Source: a virus
IMG/VR virus record: IMGVR_UViG_3300010354_000044
Location: 96,001-160,000 of that record
Length of the DNA: 64,000 nt
Strand: one strand, 5' to 3'
In this document: positions 56,009 to 64,000 of the stretch, in pieces
Position numbering within the stretch: the stretch's first letter is position 1
How the letters are laid out: each line of letters opens with the position of its first letter
Position numbers and translations under genes: made by a program
The notes under the pieces: generated by a model
What the model was told of the DNA's origin: nothing
Seen by the model: only the letters and a program-made list of their open reading frames with translations
The model's database searches: none

Positions 56009-57104
56009 CTTCGTAAGTCTAGACGAGTTAGCAGACACTCAACATGTTTCTACCGGAATTATCGGTTTAGATTATTTACTAGGAGGTGGATTACCCTTAG
56101 GTCGGGCCCTAGAGATTTACGGAGGCACCAACCTAGGTAAGTCAACACTAGCTATTTGGCTCTGTAATGCGATACTAACCGCTAATAAAAAAAACATCTG
56201 CCGGTACGTAGACGTAGAAAAACGATTAACTGGGGCAGACTTTAAGCGTATTATTCCAGAGGCTAACCGAAGCCGCATTGAGGTAAGTCAAGGCAATGAT
56301 TTGAAGTGCGATGTCATCCAACCTATGACACAATTCGTTTACGAATATAACTCACAGGCTGAGGTTGCAACATCTTCTAAAAAAAGCTCAAAAGAGACTG
56401 AAGCGGACAGTCCCCTAGAGTTTGATGATACTACAACCGTAGCCTTCGTCGTAGACAGCTTGCCTTTCCTAAATACTGAAGACCTACAAGAACGGATATG
56501 GTCCGAGAAAGCCTTTGAAGCTAGGGCCCCGGGCTCGCCGCTATCTAGAGCGCTAGCCAATGCAATAGGCGCTTTTACAACATTCGCTAGTAGCCATGCC
56601 AATGGTACTACTATCTTTATTAACCACGTAAGCCAGAAGATTGACCCGTATGTTATAGACATCCCACGCCCATGTGGACTACGCTATAGGCAGCTAGTAG
56701 CTAATTCCCTCCAATTGACCGGCAATAATAGGGAAGATAAAGAGGTGAAAGGCCTCTCTATTACTGCTCTTAAGGCTACTAAGGCTAGCAGTGCTCCCGC
56801 TAACCGTACTGCTGTAATGGCGATAAGCTATAAGCACGGTATAGAGCCAAGGTATTCGCTTTATCACCTCCTAATGGAGGGTGAGCTAAAGGATAAAGTA
56901 CTAGACGTAAATGGCCGAACTTATAACTTTCCGGCGGAACTTGAATTACAACCGTTCGTCGGCAAGAAAACGAACTTTTATGCTTATCTTTTAAACGAAG
57001 ATGAAGTGTATAATAAGCTATATTATTATGTGCTGGAGAATTTTTGTAAGTCGTCAGCACATAATAATATTATTGAAGAGGATATAGAAGAGTATGACGA
57101 GTAA
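55977..57104 (+). CDS. recA: RecA/UvsX-like recombinase
   Basis: STGIIGLDYLLGGGLPLGRALEIYGGTNLGKST, VDVE, VVDS, IFINH. Confidence 0.88.
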   Translation: MSLKALKKVSNFVSLDELADTQHVSTGIIGLDYLLGGGLPLGRALEIYGGTNLGKSTLAIWLCNAILTANKKNICRYVDVEKRLTGADFKRIIPEANRSRIEVSQGNDLKCDVIQPMTQFVYEYNSQAEVATSSKKSSKETEADSPLEFDDTTTVAFVVDSLPFLNTEDLQERIWSEKAFEARAPGSPLSRALANAIGAFTTFASSHANGTTIFINHVSQKIDPYVIDIPRPCGLRYRQLVANSLQLTGNNREDKEVKGLSITALKATKASSAPANRTAVMAISYKHGIEPRYSLYHLLMEGELKDKVLDVNGRTYNFPAELELQPFVGKKTNFYAYLLNEDEVYNKLYYYVLENFCKSSAHNNIIEEDIEEYDE

Positions 57105-57447
57105 GAACACCGAAGAGTCTGCGCAAGTGAGGCTTAAAGGAGGCGACCTTGATTCAATTGTGACAACTACATCCCCGAGCGTTAACGTTTCCAATACGGC
57201 TACACAGATTGATTCAGAAGCATTGGTCCTAATTCAAAGTTATCGGGCCAAGCTTGCTGAACTAGAGAAAAGCTTTGCGGAGCTGCAGCAACATATGGTT
57301 GAGTTAAAGGAGCAGTACGCAGTAGTTTACGGGGCCCTAGATGGTACCTATAAGCTATGTGCCGCTCTTTATCGTATAGACAATCCGCAAGAAGCTATTA
57401 ATCCGGCTGACGGAACTATTAAACGGGAGGCTACTGTTGGAAGTTAA
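57094..57447 (+). CDS. coiled-coil hypothetical protein
   Basis: 117 aa, overlapping both neighbours. Confidence 0.55.
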   Translation: MTSKNTEESAQVRLKGGDLDSIVTTTSPSVNVSNTATQIDSEALVLIQSYRAKLAELEKSFAELQQHMVELKEQYAVVYGALDGTYKLCAALYRIDNPQEAINPADGTIKREATVGS

Positions 57448-58843
57448 AGGTCAAGCCTTTAACTATATTACGGATGGAGCCCAGTTAGCCGCTGGGCTTC
57501 ACCGTTTAAAGGCTTCAGGATCAGAATTGGCATTAGATACAGAGACAGGGATTAGACCCGAATGGCGTAATAAGGTTACTGAATCTCGCGGCGATCCAAT
57601 TCAGCCTCGTCTATGTCCCCACTTAGGGCATATTTGCCTGCTAACCTTAACCCCAGTTAATGGCAAACCTGAGGTTTTTGATTTTGTGTGGTTGCGGCAT
57701 AACAAAGTAGATTTAAATCCTATCTACGAATTACTAGAGCAAAAGACCTTAATCGCGCACAAAGCGCAGTTTGATGGAAAAATGCTACTAGGAGAATTCA
57801 AAAAGAATACACTTCGTTGGTGGTGTACCCTTCAGGCAGACAAAGTCCTAAGTAACGCCACAGGCAGTAAGTATGGTCTAATCCGCGGCCATTCTCTTTA
57901 CTCCTGCTTACGAGATTACCTAGGTATTACCTTAAAGGGTAAGGGAAGTATTCAAACTCAGGATTGGGATCTAGACCTTGAAAAACGGACGTTGGATAAT
58001 CCGTATTGGCTAGAGATGCTTAACTATGCTGCTGCGGACACTAGATACCTACACCAGCTAAAAGCTAAATTAGAAGGGTGGATATGTAATCCACTGCCTA
58101 GTGACTGGATGAACCGACACGACACCCCAGATGAGGCCTGTGGGTTTGGTATGGCGCGTACCATGCAGCTAGAGAACGACATGATTAATATCTACATAGA
58201 AATGGAATATTACGGTTTTCCTACTTCTATAGATTTAATTAAAGAGTTTCAGGAAGGGATAGAGATTGAAATGTATGACCTTGCCTGCGACCTCTGTGAT
58301 CTCCTAGGTATTGAGTTACCTCCGCCTGATTTAGGTTTGGACTATATAAAACCATACCCCAAAACTCTTAAGGTTTTTAATAACCCGACTAAGGTTGTTG
58401 AACTCCTTAATGAACATAAGATCGTTACCGATAACGCTCAGAAATTAACCTTAACCCGGGTCTTAAGTTTGATGGATGAAATCTATAAACAACAGACTAC
58501 AGAGGGTAGCGATCAAGGTATTAGTTACCTCAATGACGAAGAAGAGTCCAGATATAAACTTATAGAAGACTATGAGTTATCTGACCTTGTACAAGGAAGT
58601 AAAATCCTTAATACGTTGCTACAGTATAAAAGGGCTGTAAAACAACATGGCATGAGTATGCTCCGGTTTGTTAATCCAGCTACCGGCAATATTCATCCGG
58701 ATGTTAAAGGCCCTGTATCCACTGGGCGCATGGCTATGGGGAGCCCTAACCTGCAGCAAGTATCTAATTCTAGTAAAGTACTTATAGAGTTGGATATTGT
58801 AGATGGCACTATTCAGCACTACAGTAGTAGTAAGTTAGTTTAA
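57437..58843 (+). CDS. polA: DNA polymerase family A, N-terminal piece (3'-5' exonuclease, thumb, start of palm)
   Basis: LDTET, HKAQFD, YAAAD, MEYYG, TGNIHP, TGRMAMGSPNLQQV then stop. Confidence 0.88.
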   Translation: MEVKGQAFNYITDGAQLAAGLHRLKASGSELALDTETGIRPEWRNKVTESRGDPIQPRLCPHLGHICLLTLTPVNGKPEVFDFVWLRHNKVDLNPIYELLEQKTLIAHKAQFDGKMLLGEFKKNTLRWWCTLQADKVLSNATGSKYGLIRGHSLYSCLRDYLGITLKGKGSIQTQDWDLDLEKRTLDNPYWLEMLNYAAADTRYLHQLKAKLEGWICNPLPSDWMNRHDTPDEACGFGMARTMQLENDMINIYIEMEYYGFPTSIDLIKEFQEGIEIEMYDLACDLCDLLGIELPPPDLGLDYIKPYPKTLKVFNNPTKVVELLNEHKIVTDNAQKLTLTRVLSLMDEIYKQQTTEGSDQGISYLNDEEESRYKLIEDYELSDLVQGSKILNTLLQYKRAVKQHGMSMLRFVNPATGNIHPDVKGPVSTGRMAMGSPNLQQVSNSSKVLIELDIVDGTIQHYSSSKLV

Positions 58844-59316
58844 TGCTTGTCATCAAATTGACTACCAGTGAATTAGTAATATTATCTTTATTTAAAGTTG
58901 ATGCTAACCGTTCTGTTTACAACCCGGATTTAAACCTATCTGGTAAAGCTTATGGTTTAGCCGTCAGATCATTGAAGCGGCGGGGGTTTCTAGTAAGTAC
59001 TAAAACCCCCTTAAAACTAACTAAAAGAGGAAAATTATTTGCAAAGATGAGTACCCACCCCCCTACGTCAGAACCCTACGCAATTACAATTAACCAATTC
59101 CTTTCTATTACTCCAGGTACTGCCATTAGTACTGAAGATGGACGCATTTATATAAACTCTGCCGATGGCGGCAGTTATGAGATAGTACTAGCCTTACAGG
59201 ACCTTACTGATCCTGAGGCCGAAGTTAAGCCTATCAGTGAACTGAGGATTGAAAATGGCGATTTGTTAGAAGAAGGAGACCTAGCTAATGTAAGCTGTAA
59301 CGAAGGTATGTTCTAA
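58843..59316 (+). CDS. winged-helix protein inserted between the two polA pieces
   Basis: AVRSLKRRGFLV...LKLTKRG wHTH pattern; TAATG overlaps at both ends. Confidence 0.65.
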   Translation: MLVIKLTTSELVILSLFKVDANRSVYNPDLNLSGKAYGLAVRSLKRRGFLVSTKTPLKLTKRGKLFAKMSTHPPTSEPYAITINQFLSITPGTAISTEDGRIYINSADGGSYEIVLALQDLTDPEAEVKPISELRIENGDLLEEGDLANVSCNEGMF

Positions 59317-60269
59317 TGGAGCTATTCTTTGAGTGCGCCCCTAAGAATATATTCCTAGCACCCCCAGGCTACTTCTGGTCCGGATTAGATTACAGCGGGC
59401 AAGAGCTCATGATCAGCGCTGTTGTGTCAGGCGATACAACGATGCTGGAAGCCTTTAGACAGCCAGAGCTAAAACCGCACCCAGAGACCGGAGAGCTCTG
59501 CCCAAACCCCTACGCGGACTTACATACAATTACAACCAGAAGCGCAGTCTTTCCTAAAATATTCGAAGGCCATGAGTGGTATGACTGGGTGAAGATAGCT
59601 AAAACTTACAAAGTGCCTAACTTTACAGAGGCGCCCCGTCAGTACGGGAAAAAGACGAATTTCTCGGCTATCTATTTATGTAACGCACCTACGCTAGCCA
59701 TTAACTTAGGCATTCCTGAGCAGCTAGCAGGAAACATTCTACAAGGCCATCGTAAAACCTATGCCGGATACTACCACTGGGCAGAGCAACAAGGGGCTAT
59801 TGGGGAGGCCTGTGGGTGGATTAGCACTCCTTGGCTAAAGCGTGTCCGGGGAGTCCATGAAGCTAATGCTAAAGGAGGAGGGTCAGCAAAGCTGCTAGCT
59901 CCTAATGTTTGCATTCAGGGGACAGGGGCCGATATTGCGAAGGCGGCTATGTGTAGAATATTCCGCTGGAAAGAGAAGCTCAATAAGCCTATAGAGTTTG
60001 CAAAACGCCCTCGTTTAATCGGACAGGTTCATGACGAGTTAGTACCACTTATTCCTGGAAAGTGCACGTTAAACCTGGATAAATCTAAGCTAGAGGAACG
60101 TGATAACATGACAGTTGTTACAAAGGCTTGTTGGGATGTACCCGAGGCATCCTATGAATTAGCCTTACAAATCCGTCAGATAATGATTGATGTCGAAACG
60201 GAGGCCTTTGATGGTGTATTGGAAGGTCGGGTAGATATGCCAAACCCAGCCCCCTGGTGGTCAAAATAA
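59316..60269 (+). CDS. polA: DNA polymerase family A, C-terminal catalytic piece
   Basis: Motif A DYSGQE, motif B RQYGKKTNFSAIY, IQGTGAD, motif C VHDE. Confidence 0.92.
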   Translation: MELFFECAPKNIFLAPPGYFWSGLDYSGQELMISAVVSGDTTMLEAFRQPELKPHPETGELCPNPYADLHTITTRSAVFPKIFEGHEWYDWVKIAKTYKVPNFTEAPRQYGKKTNFSAIYLCNAPTLAINLGIPEQLAGNILQGHRKTYAGYYHWAEQQGAIGEACGWISTPWLKRVRGVHEANAKGGGSAKLLAPNVCIQGTGADIAKAAMCRIFRWKEKLNKPIEFAKRPRLIGQVHDELVPLIPGKCTLNLDKSKLEERDNMTVVTKACWDVPEASYELALQIRQIMIDVETEAFDGVLEGRVDMPNPAPWWSK

Positions 60270-60288
60270 GTTAGGTAAAGGTAATACT

Positions 60289-60834
60289 ATGAGTCCGTTT
60301 AGTTTTATAAAATGGCTTAGATTCCAAAGTTTGTATGGCATCCTAAATAGTGCTGACATACAACAACAGCTAAACATGTACTCATTAGACAATAATATAA
60401 GCTACGTCCCTGAGCTTAACTACAGCGAAGAGACCTATGAAATTAACGTCTACGCCACTGATGTTAAACTGATTTATATCAGAAACAAGAATAATAAGCT
60501 TTACATAGAATTCCTTATTCCAGTAACGGTTAATTATCCATCACTGCTAGGAAAGAATTTCTGCGCCATTTACTTAGGTGAGACTCTCTCAGACTCATCC
60601 AATTTAGGTTGTGTCACCATGCGGTCTGGTATTGATTCCTCACCGGTATATTACCTCGCTCTGAATTTACCTTGGGCAATTAATAAGCACCAGTTTGGTC
60701 GTTTGTTAGATAGGGTATTTAATGAGTTTAGGCAGTTTAGTAAAAGTAGTGAGCTTATAGGAGAGCAACTTGCAGATACTGCGGCCCTACTACAAGAATC
60801 AATGGACCCAGATATAGAAGAAGCTGAGGACTAA
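60289..60834 (+). CDS. hypothetical protein
   Basis: 181 aa, acidic tail. Confidence 0.6.
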   Translation: MSPFSFIKWLRFQSLYGILNSADIQQQLNMYSLDNNISYVPELNYSEETYEINVYATDVKLIYIRNKNNKLYIEFLIPVTVNYPSLLGKNFCAIYLGETLSDSSNLGCVTMRSGIDSSPVYYLALNLPWAINKHQFGRLLDRVFNEFRQFSKSSELIGEQLADTAALLQESMDPDIEEAED

Positions 60835-60839
60835 AATTT

Positions 60840-62144
60840 ATGTTATCTATGCAAATTGATGCACTTATCAGTGCAATAAATCATGTTGCCTATTTTCCAA
60901 CTGTTAACCCAGGACATGTCCGCCGGTACTGTAAGTTTTCGGTATCCAACGGGGGGCGAGTAACGTTGTCTGTGTATGGCGCGGGCGATGTTTGGATTCA
61001 CCATTATATTAATAACACTCAGTCTATAGACGGTCTGGAAATCATATTAGGGGACTTGGACGCAGTAAAAAAGCTCAAGGCTACCTATTGCAGTATTAGG
61101 CAAACCTCAACCGGGGCTGAATTAATATCTTTTAATGAATTTAACCTTCGCAATAACCCCAAAGTATTGGATAAAATTACCCTAGGGGTCTACCCAGGGA
61201 CCTTAGATGCGTTCCCGGAATATAAGTCGGTAACCAACTTAATAACAACCGTTAGGAGCTCTACATTCCGGCGCATTATCAATACGGTAGACGAGACTAG
61301 TGAGCATAAAGACAAGAATAACTTAAGAGTTGTAAAACTTACTACGAGTCCTTTTGGTATTTATTCAAATGCTAGAATGGCCGATTATCTTAGGTTTTAT
61401 GTCTATGACACACAAGCCACCGAAGAGGAGGACTCAGAACCTACAGAGGCTAACTATTACATCCTAGGTAAGTATCTACATATTATCAGTAAGGTCACCG
61501 AGTCCTCAGAAGAGGATGGGGTTGAGATTCACTACGCAGCGGATAACAGCGGTGACAGACTAATATTCAAAGGACCTTTAGGCGAAGTTTCTGTACCGTT
61601 AGAAGTAGGCTATGCCGCTGATTTGGCCGAACGTACTTTTAGTAAAGTTCATTTATTTGAACAACAGCCAGTTTCTATTCTTACCAGAAAAACTATTAGC
61701 ATAAGTAGGCTTAGTGATGCCCTGCAGCTGCTAAATCCCACAAGCGCTGCTCATTCCTCTATGTACTTAGAGGCCAATGAAAACGATATTAATTCTTTAG
61801 TGCTCTATTTTGCCGGCGATATCTACCAGAATAATATAAGTACGCTACCCTTAAACCTTGACTATTGTGACTTAACAACATCATGGCCAGCTACTGCAAT
61901 AGACTACGAAGCTTTAACTATATTGGCCAAATTAGCGGCTCGTCTAGATAGCGATAAGAAAGGTGACCGGTTATCCTTAATCCTAGGCTTATATAAACAT
62001 ACTAGAGCCAGAAGTCGGCGGACCACTAGAGAGCATGATTTCGTGTTAAAAGCGGAGCTGCCTGACAAGATTGGTTATGACATAATACTACCCGTTAAAT
62101 GTAACTATGCCGAAGAAGTACAAACAGCCGCACCTGTACAATGA
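60840..62144 (+). CDS. putative sliding clamp (DnaN-like)
   Basis: LISAINHV...VTLSV N-terminus, FPEY linker, 3-domain length, replication context. Confidence 0.4.
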   Translation: MLSMQIDALISAINHVAYFPTVNPGHVRRYCKFSVSNGGRVTLSVYGAGDVWIHHYINNTQSIDGLEIILGDLDAVKKLKATYCSIRQTSTGAELISFNEFNLRNNPKVLDKITLGVYPGTLDAFPEYKSVTNLITTVRSSTFRRIINTVDETSEHKDKNNLRVVKLTTSPFGIYSNARMADYLRFYVYDTQATEEEDSEPTEANYYILGKYLHIISKVTESSEEDGVEIHYAADNSGDRLIFKGPLGEVSVPLEVGYAADLAERTFSKVHLFEQQPVSILTRKTISISRLSDALQLLNPTSAAHSSMYLEANENDINSLVLYFAGDIYQNNISTLPLNLDYCDLTTSWPATAIDYEALTILAKLAARLDSDKKGDRLSLILGLYKHTRARSRRTTREHDFVLKAELPDKIGYDIILPVKCNYAEEVQTAAPVQ

Positions 62145-62309
62145 AAACTATCCCTGGTGTTTTCCCCAAGACGTACTACCTCTTATAGTAAAAAAAGGTG
62201 ACTGTGTGCTAAATGACGGCACACCATATACAATCAAACAAGTCCTTAAAAGGGAAGAACCTAACGCTCCTATTCTTGTTATAGGAGAGCCTGTGTAGCC
62301 GATTACAAA

Positions 62310-63305
62310 TTGCATGCTGTGGACGATATCTATAACGCTGAGTTAGCAACCGGACCTGTCTATCATGGGCAGGTCCACCCATCATTCCCGTTTTTAGACA
62401 ATAATTTTAGGGGCTGTGAGAAATGCGAACTTTCCTGCGGCAGAGCTGTGCCGGGGGCCGGGCCCAAAGATTTAGCAAAGATTAAACTGATTCTAATTAG
62501 TGACTATCCCGGGCATTACGAAAAAACCTACGGGTTCCCGCAGGTACCTAGACCTTACGCCTATGCCAAAGAGGATGAAGAGGCTAAGAGCCAAGGTAAA
62601 TCTAAGAGGAGACGCAGCGCGTTTCCACCAGCCAACTCAGGTGAGTATATTAGGTGGCAACTGAAGAGATTGTTTGACCTAGACCCCTTTGAAGAGGTTT
62701 ACTACACCAATGCTATAAAATGCCCTGCTGAGATAGGAGGCACCGCCCTTACTGTAGGCTCTAAGCATCTTAAAGCTTGCTTACCTTGGCTGGAGCAAGA
62801 GCTAGACATCTTAGATAATGACCTACCTATCTTAATCGCCGGCTCTAAGGCTCTGGCCATGTTTGGGTATATCACCACTCTTAAAAGGAATTGTAGTGTT
62901 ATGGATTACTATAACCAAGTTCCTTTTATGTATAAAGACCATCCTGTTGTTGTCACCCATAATCCAGTAACTGTTGCCCGGAATAGTCTACGGTTGTTGA
63001 GTAACTGCAAAATACAGATTAAAGGCGGGGGCCCTTTTATCAGCCCAACAGCGGTTAGGCCCTGGGATACGGTACCCTCACCACAGTACTTATATAGTCG
63101 GACGCTTTGGTGGCTTGCGCCTTACTTATACCCCCGGGCTGCTACAGCAGCGTGGCATAAAGATGATGCCCTACTAAGCATTAAGACGACCATACGTAAG
63201 ACAAAGACTTCTATTACAGTACATATCCCTAAGCTATATACAGCAGACCAGGTCTTAGATAAGTTGGATGAGCTTCAGCTCGGTTTGGAAGTAACAAAGG
63301 TTTAA
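62310..63305 (+). CDS. uracil-DNA glycosylase superfamily (family 4-like)
   Basis: CEKCEL...VPGAG, DYPG..E, YYTNAIKC, ACLPWL..E, THNP. Confidence 0.8.
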   Translation: MHAVDDIYNAELATGPVYHGQVHPSFPFLDNNFRGCEKCELSCGRAVPGAGPKDLAKIKLILISDYPGHYEKTYGFPQVPRPYAYAKEDEEAKSQGKSKRRRSAFPPANSGEYIRWQLKRLFDLDPFEEVYYTNAIKCPAEIGGTALTVGSKHLKACLPWLEQELDILDNDLPILIAGSKALAMFGYITTLKRNCSVMDYYNQVPFMYKDHPVVVTHNPVTVARNSLRLLSNCKIQIKGGGPFISPTAVRPWDTVPSPQYLYSRTLWWLAPYLYPRAATAAWHKDDALLSIKTTIRKTKTSITVHIPKLYTADQVLDKLDELQLGLEVTKV

Positions 63306-63310
63306 CAACT

Positions 63311-64000
63311 ATGGCTATAACCGGTACCTTTCTAACAGGGACCCTTGAATTACAATACCCCACACTGTTAGATTTCAAAGAGTTCCCAATCTGGGAAAAA
63401 CGCTGCCGCAACGTTTACGACCAGCTTCCTCCTTATTACAGGGACAAACGCCCTTACCAATGGCAGTTTGCTGCTATCTACTGCTTACGGTCCTGTAACC
63501 TATTCGCCGGGGCTATGGGAATCGGTAAAACCCTAATTACTCTAGTGAAGATTAGAGCTCTCTACGACTTAACCAAGGGCAGGCCAGGCCGTATCCATAT
63601 TGTCGTTCCATCTAATACAGCATTTACAGAATGGAAACAGGAATTGGACCGGGTTATTCCAGGAACCTATACAGTAATACAATCCGAAAAAGATTTACTA
63701 AAAGCAACAACACCAATCTTCATATACACTATCCACCTTCCTAAACGTAAGTCAGCAAGTGGACAGTATTTAAGTAGGTACCTATCTAAGCGTGCAAAGC
63801 CTAACCTTCTAGTTATAGATGAGTTGGATGCTATAGGCAAAGAGTCCTCCCTACAATTCAAAGAGTTAAGTCGTATTAGACGCTCCGCGAAGCGGGTCCT
63901 AGGTTTAACAGGCACTCCAGCAGAACATCCCCATAACATTCACACTTACTGTAGATTTATTTACCAAAATCAATGGCCCTTTGACAATATAAAGGCCTTT
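63311..64000 (+). CDS. SNF2-like SF2 helicase (runs off the window end)
   Basis: RPYQ, AMGIGKT, IVVP, VIDE, LGLTGTP read from the sequence. Confidence 0.85.
   Translation, partial: MAITGTFLTGTLELQYPTLLDFKEFPIWEKRCRNVYDQLPPYYRDKRPYQWQFAAIYCLRSCNLFAGAMGIGKTLITLVKIRALYDLTKGRPGRIHIVVPSNTAFTEWKQELDRVIPGTYTVIQSEKDLLKATTPIFIYTIHLPKRKSASGQYLSRYLSKRAKPNLLVIDELDAIGKESSLQFKELSRIRRSAKRVLGLTGTPAEHPHNIHTYCRFIYQNQWPFDNIKAF

Noticed and set aside
58760-59330. Group I intron or split intein in polA
   Set aside because: The interval is fully occupied by coupled ORFs; no P7-type core, intein N/C-terminal motifs or HNH/LAGLIDADG/GIY-YIG motif could be recognised by eye. Not formally excluded without RT-PCR or Infernal.
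2077-63939. Many short antisense or nested ORFs in the track (e.g. 2077-2268, 16898-17173, 44030-44404, 49460-49924, 63667-63939)
   Set aside because: They are shadows of longer motif-bearing genes, with no SD or recognisable motifs.
1-64000. Complete DGR (RT, Avd, template repeat)
   Set aside because: No reverse transcriptase ORF and no AAC-rich template repeat found on either strand in this window.
1-64000. Genome-wide stop-codon reassignment
   Set aside because: Long genes are intact under code 11 and all three stop codons terminate genes; only one isolated suspicious TGA (31310).

Overview
This window looks like a 64-kb internal segment of a large dsDNA phage genome, very probably a cyanophage. 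The evidence is a cyanobacterial-type tRNA-Ile(CAT), cyanobacterial-type FGE/CLec proteins, a phycobiliprotein-like ORF, PhoH, rIIA/rIIB-like genes and tail-fibre genes. Positions 1-35 kb are a dense + strand accessory region of small ORFs with 4 tRNAs, three FGE-sulfatase/CLec paralogs, a three-domain PNK/phosphoesterase/RNA ligase, a dNMP kinase and an M23 peptidase. Positions 35-43.5 kb carry a Pif1-like helicase, rIIA/rIIB-like genes, a DUF3102 protein and a DUF2235 hydrolase. Positions 43.5-50.8 kb are a minus-strand virion/tail block. Positions 51-64 kb are DNA metabolism: phosphoesterase, GHKL ATPase, PhoH, resolvase-like nuclease, RecA, a split family-A polymerase, a clamp-like protein, UDG and a SNF2-type helicase. 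Six signals stand out. (1) A promoter-driven array of three covarying small structured RNAs plus tRNA-Pro sits directly upstream of a TROVE/Ro-like-TerD gene, a candidate Y-RNA-like RNP. (2) A textbook -1 ribosomal frameshift cassette (internal SD, A_AAA_AAG, hairpin) fuses two HTH ORFs next to an origin-like hairpin cluster. (3) Seven copies of a C-tract/CGGCAG element all lie on the same strand. (4) polA is split in two by a translationally coupled ORF. (5) A phycobiliprotein-like ORF lacks its chromophore Cys. (6) Three DGR-target-like CLec genes are present with no RT or template repeat in the window. All protein assignments come from motif recognition by eye, not database searches.
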